Below are positions 11,945 to 26,247 of a DNA stretch of 64,000 nt, one piece after another. The stretch is from Octopus vulgaris (lineage: Eukaryota): the NCBI GenBank assembly GCA_951406725.2, contig OX597823.1:64790001-64854000 (forward strand), written 5' to 3'. The notes below the pieces were generated by a model. That model had not been told where the DNA came from, searched no databases, and was given only the letters and a program-made list of their open reading frames with translations. The stretch's first letter is position 1, and each line of letters begins with the position of its first letter. The translations under genes and the position numbers were made by a program.

Positions 11945-12703
11945 CTAATAAACGCTTTTTGTTACACTTCGTCTTCCGTACTAAGCTTTAACACACACAC
12001 GCACGCACGCACACACATACACATACACACGCACATGCACACACACACACACATACACAGACAGACATATATATATATATATAATGGACTCTCCTGTCAT
12101 TAGATGATGTATGAGGGTTCTACAATTTCTTGCTGAACAACCACACACTTGATTTGTTCATAGTGATCAAATATTTATGTTCACATGACCTCACTCCCTC
12201 CATCAAATCGACATTAGCTGTTCACATGCACAACGTGTTACCTGTCAGATGATGAAATGATTTCAGAGCAATGTGAAATGAAGTGTTTTTGCTTAAGAAC
12301 ACACTGCAATGCCCAGTCTGGGAATTGAATCCATGATCTCGTAATCATAAGTGCAACACCCTAACACCCTACTAAGCCACCCTACTAAGCCACGTTCCAC
12401 TTACTCCATTTTGTTCTTCTGACATCTTAGAAGAACAGAATGAAGTGAGTGGAGCAAAAACAACACAAAGAGAAACGACAAGTGTCACTGAAGAGGTCAC
12501 AGATGTGTGATGAAAGATTTCCAGGCAATGGACATGAGTTAAAATAATAAAGTAAGAATAGTAATAAATAAGTGAGGAAAAAAATATATAGTGCATGTGT
12601 TTATTGGGCAAAACGAAAAAAAAATGACCATCCCGAAATACAACAATATCTGTTTCAATACATGATTTCACATCAAGAATCTTCCAAAACAAATTGGCAA
12701 ATG

Positions 12704-12743
<40 letters not shown>

Positions 12744-12819
12744 GTATGTATATGCACATATAATGTGCATGTTTAGTAATATTACAATCATGAAATTAGC
12801 ATTAACTTATTCCACTCTT

Positions 12820-12889
12820 TCTTGTGGAACCCCCAGGAAACGTTTTGCAGAACCCTAGGGTTCCAGGTAACCCTGGTTGAGAAACGCTG
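12820..12889. mobile_element. hAT (Charlie-like) MITE end
   Basis: Palindromic gaaccctagggttc and terminal gttgagaaacgctg (reverse complement cagcgtttctcaac). Confidence 0.5.
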
Positions 12890-13585
12890 CTCTAAAGGAT
12901 AGTGCAGCTATGCATTTACATGCAGTTAAATAAATGTCTGGTTACAACATGACTAGTTGTTTTGCATCCATGAAAACACTTAACTTTATAGACAACTCAT
13001 CAGTCTCCAATGGTGGACATATAACCTCACCTCCTCCTCCTCCTTCTCCTCTCCTCCTTCTCCTCCTCCTCTCCACCTCTGCCTCCTCTCCTCCTCCTCC
13101 ACATGATCTCTATACTAATTATTTATCCCCTGACCACCATTTTCTTTACTGTTTGTTTCCTCCCAATATAATCCAAGAAAAAGCAATGTCTGGAAGCCTC
13201 ACAGTATAAGCGCACACTTTTGATGTACGTTTGATGAAGTGCCAGTCTAATATCTAAAAACCACAAACATTAGATAAACTTTCACAACTCAAATGTTTTG
13301 CATAAACTGGTGTTGCAAGCGGAGTTGGTGCAGAAACAATTGCAACAAATTATTAAAGATGTGTTAAAGAATTTGTTTGTCCTCTTGGTGATTTGATTAA
13401 AATTTACTCTTCGCCAAAGTCATACAGCAGGGTTACAATTGTGAAAGCAGGATTTTCTACACTTGAAGAACTTTGGAATTGGTCTGGAATCCAACAATGT
13501 TGATAGCTTAGAACTCGGATTGATTGCTTCTCTGGAAATATCTTACCTTTATAACTTACTAGGAACTACAATATATATATATGTA

Positions 13586-13737
13586 TGGCGTTAGGAAGGG
13601 CATCCAGCCGTAGAAACAATGCCAAATCTGACTGGGCCTGATGAAGCCCTCCGGCTTCACAGACCCCAGTTAAACCGTCCAACCCATGCTAGCATGGAAA
13701 ACGGATGCTAAATGATGATGATGATGATGATGATGAT
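13586..13737 (+). mobile_element. RTE LINE 3' UTR end with (ATG)n tail
   Basis: ggcgttaggaagggcatccagcc..aacccatgctagcatggaaaacgga..(tga)n, shared with other copies. Confidence 0.8.
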
Positions 13738-14094
13738 ATATTATATTGTGTGTACATATACATAAAGAGTGAGGGAAAGTGAGAAAGAGGGTGAGAGAGA
13801 GAGAATGGGAGAGAGAGAGAGAAGGAGAGAGAAAGATATCAGTTGGTTGGGATCACGTCAACCATGGTTCAATAGCTTTCAGCAGATGACTGCCTGAGGA
13901 ACATTAATAAATTAGTAAATTAATGAATTAATAATAATCCATTCTTCCAATAAAGTATCAGAACAATTTTGAAAAGATAATAGGTGCTTCACTACTCCAA
14001 TCCTAGAAGTACATAAGTTACATAGAGCATGCAGTAAATATACAACAAAGCTAGTAGATTGAGCGGGGCCACCTACTTGAAAGGTTTTGTGATT

Positions 14095-14322
14095 TGTCTG
14101 CCATCCTACTTACTAAGACTTGTTTTTGCTAGTTTAACTCTAAGGCCCTGCAATTCTAGACCTTGCTTCCATACCTGGAACTTCTCTAGATTAAGATCAT
14201 CAGTATAGAGGGCTCCCAGAGGAAGCCTATCTTCTGTTATTACCTGGAAGACTATGATGATCAACAGGGAGCTGAGCACTGATCCTTGGGGAACCTCTAC
14301 TTGTTACCTGAATTCTTTGCTT
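14095..14322 (-). mobile_element. RTE LINE reverse transcriptase fragment
   Basis: Minus-strand translation VPQGSVLSSLLIIIV..ALYTDDL..EKFQVWKQGLELQGLRVKLAKT (RT QG and YADD motifs). Confidence 0.8.
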
Positions 14323-14494
14323 TACTAATTGCCAAGATACATACATACATACATATCGTACTCTAGGGTATGATATGTATATGAATTTAACACTGAAGGG
14401 ATGCACCTGATTGATTTTGAAATTTGCTTTCCCAAATTATTTATATTAATCATACAATTAGTTCTACCACTAGAACTTCTTATATATGTTAGAA

Positions 14495-15572
14495 ATGGAT
14501 CTTTCGGGTAGGATTGAGAAGATAGAGTGGAACTCATCTTGAAGGATATACCCATTCCAAACAGGAAGGAATATACACAGGACCAAATTAACCAGCTAAA
14601 AAAACTTTATAAATAAGTAAAATGGAAGGCTCACTACTACAATAACAACAATCCTAATAAGAATAATACTAACATGGAAGATATAGACTATATAAAGGGA
14701 AACTTCAAATCTTGGCAGGAACCTCCCAATAATGGAATTATACAGAACTTTGAGGAGAAAATATGGAATATTGTGCAAAATATCAAATTCAAAAATTACC
14801 CTAACAGACACAACAAACATCTCAGCAACTTAGCTAGAAAAATAGAAATATTAAAGAACCAGGATGGAGTTACAGTGCAATCTGATAAGACCAGGAATTT
14901 ATATAGACTGGATACACCACTTTATGATAAATTACTAGAAAAGGAAATAATGAAAAAATATAAGGTAGTTAATAAAAATTATCTAAATAATATTAACATA
15001 ATTTTTAAAAAATCATGGTTAAATATGGTATTGAAAATAGAATTGAACCATATATCCTGATGCATCCAAGAATAATGATTAAACACCATAAGGATAATTT
15101 TTACTCAAACCCCCAAGTAAGATTAATATGCCCAAGCAAGTCAGATACAGGTAGACTTAGCAAATTAATATTAGATAAATATTTAGGTAAATTAAATAAG
15201 TTAGTTAACCTTAAACTCCAAATTGATATAGAGATTTATTATTCATCTGTAAATGAAGTGGCTTTAAATAAGAGAAAAGTAAATATATCATTTGAAGAAG
15301 TAAAAGTAGTGTTGGCTGTGAGTAAGTCCATTATAAAATATAAAGATAAACTATGGGCAAGAAAAAACACTAGAGATTGTTTTGATATACCCATGGGTGC
15401 CCCAGATTCAGCCGAGGTTACCAATCTTGTAGGTTTATATCTCTTATCTAAACTAGAAATAGAATTTACGAATATAGAGGGTGGTCTTTATAGTGACAAC
15501 CTACTACTTATAACTCGGAAGTGTGCTAATAGGTCATTAGAATGCCTTAAGAAGAAAATATACAAGTTCTAA
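14495..15572 (+). pseudogene. Penelope-like element reverse transcriptase, frameshifted and 3'-truncated
   Basis: LKDIPIPNRKEY..KWKA N-terminus, SDKTRNLY, IKHHKDNFYSNPQVRLICPSKSDTG, IDIEIYYSSV, FDIPMGAPDSAEVTNLVGLYLL, GLYSDN (decayed YxDD); ORFs 14674-15060 and 15015-15572. Confidence 0.85.
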
Positions 15573-16639
15573 GGTACGATACGTAGATGCATGTAACGCT
15601 GAAGGGTTGCAACTGATTGATTTCGAAATTTGTTTTCCTAAATCATATATATATATGAAATATGAAAAACAAATGGACTGTATGCATGAGGGTGCGCATG
15701 TTTGTGACTTGATTTTGCATGGTAGTTTTAAGTCCTTGTCTCTGTCTCATAAGCAGTATAATTTATTTCCAATATTGCTTACAAGATATATATAAGTGTG
15801 TGTATGTGTGTATGTACACAAACACACAACACACACACACATGCATTTATCTTTGTATGGTTTGGTCTGGAGTGGGTGCTGTATTATTGATCTTTGCAGA
15901 TCCTCTAAGCCTGGAAATGTATAGCTTTGAGAGAGGGCAGAATCATTATGTTGAGCAAAAATTGTCTGTTAGTATTTCGTTATGATTAAAACCTTTGAAG
16001 ACAGAACCCCAAAAGTCTGGTGCCTAATGACTAATGCCAGTAAAAGAGTAAAACAATAGTGACCTGCCTTCATTATCGACTTAGAATCTTCTGCTCTATA
16101 GCCCATTTACGAAAGCCTGTGACATACTAAATCATTTATCATAATAAAATATACCCTGTCAGTTATATCTGATACATAAAATGAAATTATTATAGTAATT
16201 CTGTGCATAATCACTGATAATGAAATTGGGAAACTGAATTATTTGATTAAATGTGTCTTCTTGAATTAGATTTAGCTACCAGTTACAGCAATGTTTGATA
16301 TAACTGATAAAAAAGAAAAACTGAGAATTTATCTTGTGTATTCTTCATTAGTTAATCTGGGAAGGTCAGTAAATGGCAGAATTGGTTGAGTGTTAGATGA
16401 TGATGTGTTGTGCTAAAATATTACATTTCGTTGCATTGCCATTTCAAATTTTCCTATAGCTAATTTTGTTTTCCAACGTTTGAGAAAAGGATAGTTTCTT
16501 TGCTCTACAATGTGTGTTCAAATCTGAGTTTGGGTAGATTTTGTCAAGCACAAACACACACACACACACTCACCCTCTCTCTCTCTAAATACATATTTAT
16601 ATGCACACATAAATTGCAATCGATCAACATCAATGGAAT

Positions 16640-16915
16640 TTGTAGCTGTGATACCAGTGCCGGTGGCACGTAAGAGAACCATCCAAATGTGGCCGTAGCC
16701 AGCGCCGCCGTCACTGGCCTCCATGCCTGTGGCACGTAAAAAACACCCACTACACTCACAGAGTGGTTGGTGTTAGGAAGGGCATCCAGCTGTAGAAACA
16801 CTGCCAGATCAGACTGGGCCTGGTGCAGCCTTCTGGCTTCCCAGACCCCAGTTAAACCATCCAACCCATGCTAGCATGGAAAGCAGACATTAAACGATGA
16901 TGATGATGATGATGA
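16640..16915 (+). mobile_element. RTE LINE 3' UTR end
   Basis: Two gtgcc.gtggcacgtaa units, then ttaggaagggcatccagctgtag..catgctagcatggaaagc..(gat)n. Confidence 0.8.
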
Positions 16916-16977
16916 TTTATATATACATAGACACACATATACATACATACATACATACATATGTGTATATAAATATA

Positions 16978-17008
<31 letters not shown>

Positions 17009-17082
17009 CAATCATCATCATTTAAAGTCCGCCTTTCATGCTAGCATGACTGGGACAATATATATATACATATATATATATA

Positions 17083-17430
17083 TAGGCACAGGAGTCGCAG
17101 TGTGGTAAGTAGCTTGCTTACCACCCACATGGTTCTGGATTCAGAACCATTGTGTGGAACCTTGGGCAAGTGTCTTCTACTATAGTCTCAGGCCAACCAA
17201 AGCCTTGTGAGTGGGGTTGGTAGACGGAAACTGAAAGAAGCCCATCGTATATATATATATATATGTGCGTCTGTATATGTTTGTATGTGTGTGTTTGTTC
17301 CCCCAACATTACTTGACAACTGATGCTGGTGTGTTTACATAACCGTAATTTAGTGGTTTGGCAAAAGGGACTGACAAAATAAGTACTAGGCTTACAAAGA
17401 ATAAGTTCTGGGGTTGATTTACTTGACTAC
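17083..17430 (+). mobile_element. SINE family B, 3'-truncated
   Basis: ggcacaggagtcgcagtgtggtaagtagcttgcttacc.. through aataagttctggggttgattt. Confidence 0.85.
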
Positions 17431-17761
17431 ACTATATATATAGTACACTATATACAGTACACTATATATAGTGTACTGTTCTGTGATGGTAAGATCAACA
17501 AAAAAGTTCTCCATCTGGTGAGAGATTTTTAGTCTGTTATGCCATGTGGCCAGTGCCTGAAGATTGTACTAGGATACCAGACATGTTAAAAAATACTGTG
17601 TGGGATGTTCTCAGCACATGAAACTAATAATAGCATGTAAAGCATTATATTGTGTTTATGAAATGATATATGTATATGTATATGCATGTATATATACATA
17701 ATATATACTGTTACTCTTTTACTCTTTTACTTGTTTCAGTCATTTGACTGCGGCCATGCTG

Positions 17762-17792
<31 letters not shown>

Positions 17793-17811
17793 ATGCATGC
17801 ATGTATGTATA

Positions 17812-17842
<31 letters not shown>

Positions 17843-18925
17843 TGAGTGTAGGCTCAAAACTTAAAAGACGCTCAAAACGTAAAATACACCAAGTGTTAGT
17901 AAACAAGTTGGTTTGAAATTAGTGCCTTATCTGATTTGAGAGTCCCTAACAATATGTGACTAAATTTAGTGCTATGTTAATTAATTATACTTTCTTATCT
18001 GGATAAATGATAATATGCAAATTCAAAATCTCATTACATTCTTGTCAAAATAATGAAAAGCCACATTTCAATTGTGTCTTTTTTTTTTCAATTTTTGAGT
18101 TTCATTCATTTATTTATTTGTTTTTTTTTTTGGCTCATGGAGAAAATAATTTGCACACCTCATAAGATTTTTGTGGATATAAACCATTAAAATTCAGATG
18201 AGGCCATTGATAGTGTTATCCCATAACCAGATCATTGGAATTTGGATCATGTTAGTATAATGTTGACTTCTTAGAGATTATAATCCTGTCTTTTTTTTTT
18301 TAGCAAAAAAATCAATTTAATTTATTTTTGAAACACATTCATAATGGGAAAAAAGAAAACATGACAGGTGCAATATAACTATTGATGTTGTTGTTGGCGG
18401 TGTTTATGTTGTTATTTGATCTGTGGTGATCAAGCAGATCTATGATCAAAGGTATTTTCTTTGTGACCATTCCCTTTATTTTTTTAATTTTCCAGATGTA
18501 GTGTGAACATAATGTTTCTATTGTTTGAAGATGGTAGGAAGTGTGTGATATGAAGGAAATTTGATTTCACACTTCTATTTCTAGTTGGTTGAGTGATTGC
18601 ACATTGTCTTCTTCTGATTTAACTCAATGGGGTAACAACAACATTAGACAGATGCCATTTAATGAATGGTACCCCAGTCACAAGCATATATGATAGCATG
18701 GTAGAAATACTCTGACTCTTATAGAATGCACACTGGCTCAGATGTGATGCTGTGGTTAGAAAGCTTGTTTCCCAACCACATGGCTTCAGGTTCAGTCTTA
18801 CTGCATGGCATCTTGTGCAAGTGCCTTCTGCTATAACCCCAAGCTGACCAAAGCCTTGTGAGTAGATTTGATAGATGGAAACTGCGAGAAGCTTGTCAGT
18901 GTATGTATGCACAAACGCACACACA

Positions 18926-18961
<36 letters not shown>

Positions 18962-19311
18962 GTGTATATCTGTGTACAACCACCATGCAATGAGAAATGC
19001 TTTTCTTGGACTATTCTTTTCTCTCTCTCTGAACTTTTTCTTCTTTCTGCTTTCTGTTGAACAGCCATGCTCAAAATGTCACAGCCCATCTTCTTTACCA
19101 TCTTGTATTTTCTCTGAAATTCATTCTAATATATTCACAGTGTGTCCTTTTGACTTTCGTTGTTTTTTTCTTATTTTCTTGTTTTTGTTTTTATCTTTGA
19201 TTTGCCCTTCATCTTTTCAGGGTTGATGAAATAAGCACCAGTTATGCACTGGTGTCGATGTAATTGACTTGCCCCTCTCCCAAGATTTCAGGTCGTGGGC
19301 CTATAATATAA

Positions 19312-19475
<164 letters not shown>

Positions 19476-20385
19476 TTTTACTCTATGTTGAGTCAACTGC
19501 AGTATCCTACTAGTGTGATGAAAATTAAAGAGAACTGGCAGGATTTGATCTCAAGAACAGAGGGCTATGACAATAAATACTGTAAGGCATTTAGCTTCAC
19601 ATTCACAAATTATTTCTAAGCTATTCAGAAATGTATAATTGAAATGGTTGAATGGATAGGATATTAGACTAACCACTACATAGTTGGACACTTCTGTTCA
19701 TTTATTTTCTTTTTGGCGTAGGGGTTAAATTCCGTGCCACCATTTATATTTTTGTCTTTGCATGAAAATGCTTAATATTATTAGCTGCACTTCATTTAGG
19801 CTTGATGTTGGGATATATGCATTTACATGTTCCCATAACCCGCATCAGAATATCATCTGTAAAGCTGTGACGATAATGTTCTCTGCATAAGAATTATTCA
19901 CCCCTCTGCTTCAGGCCATGAAACTATAGATAAATACTGGTCTTTTATAAAGACATTTTTGTTATATGTCTATTGGGGTTAGATGGGGAGAATAATGTAA
20001 ATAAATAGAAAATTCCCTCCCTTTTATGATGATGAAACATAAAAGGAATTCCATTGCTTTGTGATTAGAAACATCTGTATCCCAGAACTTTGTTACTTTT
20101 TCTTCCTCGAATACGTTTTGTTGTTGGACTATAAGCATAGCCTTTTCTCTCTCACCTTAACCTTCACAGCTTCAGCTCTCAGAACAAATCATCTGGTATT
20201 CAAACACTGAATTACAAAGTATTGATTTGTATCTCTAGATATTTTCATGAAACCTGCTGAATGGATGGATATTAGATAAACATATAATTAGGTTGCAAGG
20301 AACGATGTTGTTTGCTGGGAAAATGCAGAAACATAAGATATTATGCAAGAGTAAACAAAAACATGTCAGAAAGATATTTATACAT

Positions 20386-20425
<40 letters not shown>

Positions 20426-20603
20426 GCATGTGTGTGTATGTGTGTGTGTGTATAATATTCATACATTTATTAATAAACTTATAGATCTGAGTGCACATAT
20501 ACATATACCTATTTGTATGCATACATCATCATCTTTTTAACCCCCACTTCTCCATACTTGTATTGGATGGGCATACGTACATATATAAGTATGTGTGTGT
20601 ATG

Positions 20604-20642
<39 letters not shown>

Positions 20643-20859
20643 ATATATATATGTTATATATATGTTATATATATATGTTATACATATATATATGTATATA
20701 TATAACATATATATGTATACATGTATATATACCAGTATGCAAGGCAGATGTTAAATGATGATGATGATGGTATGTGTGTGTGTATGTGTGTAAATATACA
20801 CACATATATGTGCATACATATGCACACACTCACAAACACACACACACGCACACACACAC

Positions 20860-20900
<41 letters not shown>

Positions 20901-21364
20901 TACATAACTTTACTTTTCTCAGGGCAAATGGCATTATTAATTCTGACAAAATCCATGGAAAAGAGGGGGCTTGATAGTGAAATTGTCAGAGTGGAAGACA
21001 ACCAACAAACGAACCAACCAACCAGCCCACCCACCAAAACCAACCAACCAACCAACCCAGACACTCAAACACACACCCACCAACCAACCAACCATTCAAC
21101 AAATTAAAAATACCTCGACATTGCTTCTACCTACTCTAACAAATCTTGATGCATACTAGAAAACTTTATAGTCAATATTCACACTGTGAACATGTCTAAA
21201 GACATGGAAAAATGGTAGCCTTGACTGATTTTTACCTTTTAAATACTCTTAATAAACTAAAGAATCAAATAAGTAAAATTTCTGATATAGAATACTGAAT
21301 ATGATAGAAAATATATCAATTCAGGCTACACACACACACACACACACGCACACATACACACACA

Positions 21365-21430
<66 letters not shown>

Positions 21431-21858
21431 CACACACACATGCATACACACATATGCATACACATACATGCACAAACTCATACACTCAAATATATATATA
21501 ATTGTAATTTTCACTTCTACTGTTTTTGAAATCAGCACATGTTTTCAATGGTTCTTCTTATAACTTGATGAGGTCAGTTGAGTTTAACCCTAGGCATGGT
21601 AAGAGCCACCAATGAGAATTAAGATGCTCTGCATCAAAATTTGAAATAACCACTGATATGGCTATATCTGCGCCTGTAAAGAACTTGTCTCCCTTGTCAG
21701 CTTATTAAGATACTGCTCCTGTGGCTAATGAGTCGATTTGACTCTTATTTCTAGCAATACTGATACCACGTATTGTACTCTCTGCCACTTTAGTGACGTC
21801 TATAAATATATACATATATATATATATATATACACGTATACGTATATATATATGAAGA

Positions 21859-21908
<50 letters not shown>

Positions 21909-22406
21909 CATGTTTGTCAGGCAGTTTTGGCTTCTAAACCAAAATTGTTTGATGAACCAGAATGTGGAACTCTGAGTAACAGTTTTTGTGATGCCTTTGC
22001 AGCTTCGATAATTAAGTATATTACTCTACTATCGGTATTCGAGTACTATTTTTTCTACCCTGTGTCACATGTATGTGCTTACTCTGGCACATATACATAC
22101 AGACAGACATATATGTGTGTGTGTGTGTGTGTGAATGCAATTAGTACAATTGGGTTTTAGGAAGGGTATCAAAGCGTAGAAACAGTGCCAAAACAGACAC
22201 AGAAGTCTGGTGCAATCTTCTGCCTGGCTAGCTCCTATCAAATCGTCCAGTCCATGCCACCATAGAAGGCAGATGTTAAACGATGATGATGAGGATGATG
22301 ATGATGATGACAATGATGATGATGATGATGATGATGAGGATGATGATGATGATGACAATGATGATCATGATCATGATGATCATGACGATAATATACATAT
22401 GTATTT

Positions 22407-22440
<34 letters not shown>

Positions 22441-22714
22441 GTATGATGTTTGTATGCATGTATGATGTTTGTATGTATGTGGGTGTGATTTAAAACCCCA
22501 TCCGGTAGTGGGATGCAGTTATGGCAATTCCAAGGATTTGATACTTCACATAGTAGTACCTGTTAGGGTTTTGGCTATGGGTTAACTAGCATGTAAACCA
22601 CTGGGAATGAAGGACTCATAATTCTCTCTAGAATATTCTTCTAGGAGAAGTTAAACTCATTTGAAAAATAAATCCTGAAGTACAGTAATTTTATAGTTGT
22701 CTTAACCTCTTTGT

Positions 22715-23050
22715 TGAAGGCACAGGGCTCAGTTGTTAGAATGTCAGGCTCACAAACATAAAGCAGTGAGTTTGATTCCTGGACCAGGCTGTGTGTTATG
22801 GTCTTGAGCAAGACGCTTTATTTTGCATTGCTCCAGTTCACTCAGCTGTAGAAATGATTTGCAATGTCACTGGTGCCAAGTTGTATTGACCTTTGCCTTT
22901 CCCCTGGATAACACTGGTGGTGTGGAGAGAAGAATCTGGTATGCATGGGCGACTGCTGGTCTTCCAAAATCAACCCTGCCAGGACTTGTAACTCGGTGGG
23001 TAACTTTCTAGTATGTGCAATCCCGTGGTCATTCATGACCGAAGGGTTCT
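22715..23050 (+). mobile_element. SINE family C-related, different 3' half
   Basis: tRNA-like head gagtttgattcctggacc, cttgagcaagac..ttgctccagttcactcagctg. Confidence 0.65.
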
Positions 23051-23212
23051 GTATTTATGCTTTTGTATTACTGGGTTATAGGTTGTATGCACTGAAATGT
23101 GACATCAATGCCATGCAAAAGTTTACTCACTCAAAACAATTTCTCATATAGGAACTTTCTGGACCTTCATAACATTTGCACCAATTTACTGAAATTCAGA
23201 AGTGGTTTTACT

Positions 23213-23450
23213 TGGTTAGGGTGTTGAACTCATGATCGTAAGATTGTGGTTTCAGTTCCTGGACTGGGTGGTGCATTGTATTCTTGAGCAAAACACTTCT
23301 TTTTATGTTACTTCACTCCACTCAGCTGGCAAAAATGAGTAACCCTGCGATGGACCGGCGTCATGTCCAGGTGGGGAATATACATGCCATGAAACTGGGA
23401 AACAGGCCCCTTATGAGTTGGTATGACTTGAGCAAGTAACTTTACCTTTA
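23213..23450 (+). mobile_element. SINE family C
   Basis: ggttagggtg..catgatcgtaagattgtggtttc..gcgatggaccggcgtc. Confidence 0.75.
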
Positions 23451-23469
23451 TGAGTTGACTTCTACCACC

Positions 23470-24032
23470 ATGTTTGTATGTATGCATGTATGTATGTGTG
23501 TATGTATGTGTATGTGTTTATGTATATGTGTATGTATATGTATATGTATGTATGTGTGTGTGTATGTAGGTTTCTATGTATGTATGTATGCATGCATGTA
23601 TGTGTGTGTATGTATGTGTGTATGTATGTATGTATGTATGTATATGTGTGTGTATGTATATATGTATATGTATGTATGTGTGTATGTATGTATGCATGTG
23701 TGTATGTATGTGCCTATGTATGTATGTATACATGTATGTATGTATGTATGTGTGTGTATGTATGTATACATGTATGTATGGGTGTATGTATGTATGTGTG
23801 TATGTATGTATGTATGTGTGTGTATGTATGTATGTGTGTATTATATATGTATGTACATATGTATGTACATATGTATGTATATACGTATATATGTATGTAT
23901 GCACATACGTATGTAATGTATGTATGTAAGTATATATGTATGTATGTATCTACATATGTATGTATGTATGTATGTACATATCTACATATGTATGTAAGTA
24001 AGTATATAAGCATGTATGTGTGTGTGTGTGTG
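23470..24032. repeat. Degenerate (TATG/TG)n low-complexity tract
   Basis: About 560 bp of alternating purine-pyrimidine repeats. Confidence 0.95.
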
Positions 24033-24255
24033 CAAGATTTCAAGATGTCAAAGAAATCCAAGAGAATGCAATGAGGCAGTTGCTCACTATCCCCAAAAAG
24101 AAGTTCCACGAATGCTTGCATCAAGGGAAACAACTTCGGATAAACTGTGTGGCTTCTGAAGGAAACCACTCCAAAGGAAATGAAATCCTGGATATCTGTT
24201 GTAGCTTTCTTTTTATAGCACCAGTCATGATACTTTTTGACTAAAGACCTCATAT
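24033..24255 (+). mobile_element. mariner transposase C-terminus with 3' TIR
   Basis: RFQDVKEIQENAMRQLLTIPKKKFHECLHQGKQLRINCVASEGNHSKG fits mariner C-termini; ends ctttttgactaaagacctcata. Confidence 0.8.
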
Positions 24256-24586
24256 ATGTATCTGTGCGTATGTCAGTATGATTGTGTTTATATAATACAG
24301 GAGAGATTGGATTCAAGGGATTTAGTAGAACTCACAGTAAGCTTGCCAGTTGAGAAACAGGCTATCAGATGACAAGAGAATTTTATTTACAACGTAATTT
24401 AACAGAGTGATGCAACTGAATATGCAGGATGTACTAACAGTGATGCTTCCATTCTTGAGAACAGCAACAAGTATATCAATAAGCAAAAAACCAGATGTGA
24501 GAGGCAAATAATTTTCATATTTCTATAGATGTTACAACCGTTTGACAATTTGCTCCAATTGACATCATTCACTTTAATGCATTCAT

Positions 24587-24627
<41 letters not shown>

Positions 24628-24637
24628 TGTGTGTGTA

Positions 24638-24681
<44 letters not shown>

Positions 24682-25349
24682 TTGAGAGAGAGAGAGAGAG
24701 TGAGGAGAGAGAGAGAGAAAGAGAGGTAGGGACAGACATAGATATATATATGTGTAGACATGGTCTAATGTATGAAATTATTAGTAACTCATAACTATAA
24801 CTAAATACACACAGACACACACACCTTATATATATGTACAAACATCATATACATATATTTATGCATATTTATATGCACTCAAACATTATACAGTACAATC
24901 ATATAGTAATACTATGATGCACAGAAGAAAGAAAATTTATTTTCAGACTGCATTCTGGATGGACTTCACATGCCTCTAGTGTACAGAAAAAACCCCCATC
25001 ATTTGCCTCTAATCCTTGCCTGGTTTTCAAGACTGTTTTTATATTTTTATTCTACACGTTATTGAAAGTGCAGAGCTAGCAGGAGATTTGCTGAGAAGGA
25101 AATGAGAATAAACTACTCTCTTTTGGGGCTCAGTACTTTTACATGTGAAGCGCAGAATGTAAACATTCACATACACACATATATGCACACATACAAATAC
25201 ACGCAAACACTCACAGACACTTGTATATGCAGATATGAAGGACTTCATTCAGTTTCCAAATTCACTAACAGGCCATTGGTCAACTAAAGGTAACAGAAAG
25301 GGAAAAATATGCCCTAGATACTGTACGAGGACTGAATCTGAAATCACAT

Positions 25350-25424
<75 letters not shown>

Positions 25425-26247
25425 ACACATAGCAGAGAGAGAGAAAGAAAGATAGAGACTGACATATATATATATATACACATATATATATATATATGTA
25501 TTTATGTATATGTATATGTATCTATCTCAGTATGTACTTATACATACATACACACACATGTTATATATACATACGTATGTATATATGTATGTGAAAATAT
25601 GAGATAACAGACACACACACACACACACACGTCCCTATATACATACACACACACGCACACTTAATATATATCATTAATAACTGCATCTAAGTTTTTGGAT
25701 TTTGTTTTTATTTGTTTTGTTTTTTCTCTGCAATAATGTTTTACAAATGGCTGCCTTTCTTTTGAGAATCACCATTCAGAGCAAATAATTGACAAATGAT
25801 GTATAACTAAAGATACTTACCATTAACAAAAACATAATGTGAAAGAAAAAAAAAAAACGAATAAAGATCATAGAAAGTTTAAACACATCTCTACTAAATC
25901 CAGTATTTATTTCATTTGGAAAATAAACATACAACATCCTGATAATTCATTGCCAACTGGCTGTGTTTCTATAATTGTAATTTCAAAAGAATTCTCTCCA
26001 ATACACACATTTTTTTTTTTTTATCCATTCCTTTTAGTCTTACTTTATTTTATTCTTTTATTCTGTTGTTCATTCATTCTTGTTTGTTTTATGTGTGTAT
26101 TTCATTTTCTCTCTACTGCAAAACTAAATTTGTATCGGCAAGATTTTTCAGTATGACCAATATGTTAATTTTTTTTTTTTTTGTGATCAGCGATAACTAA
26201 AATCAATAGTGATATATTTTTTAAAGAAATCTGAATTTTTAGTGACA

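Noticed and set aside
15900-15985. Possible next exon DPLSLEMYSF after tttgcag
   Set aside because: Poor resemblance to the expected continuation, no convincing donor before the stop, and it merges into a decayed SINE tail.
17454-17479. 26-bp perfect palindrome acagtacactatatatagtgtactgt
   Set aside because: Built around a TA run at a SINE truncation point; most likely a repair or slippage scar.
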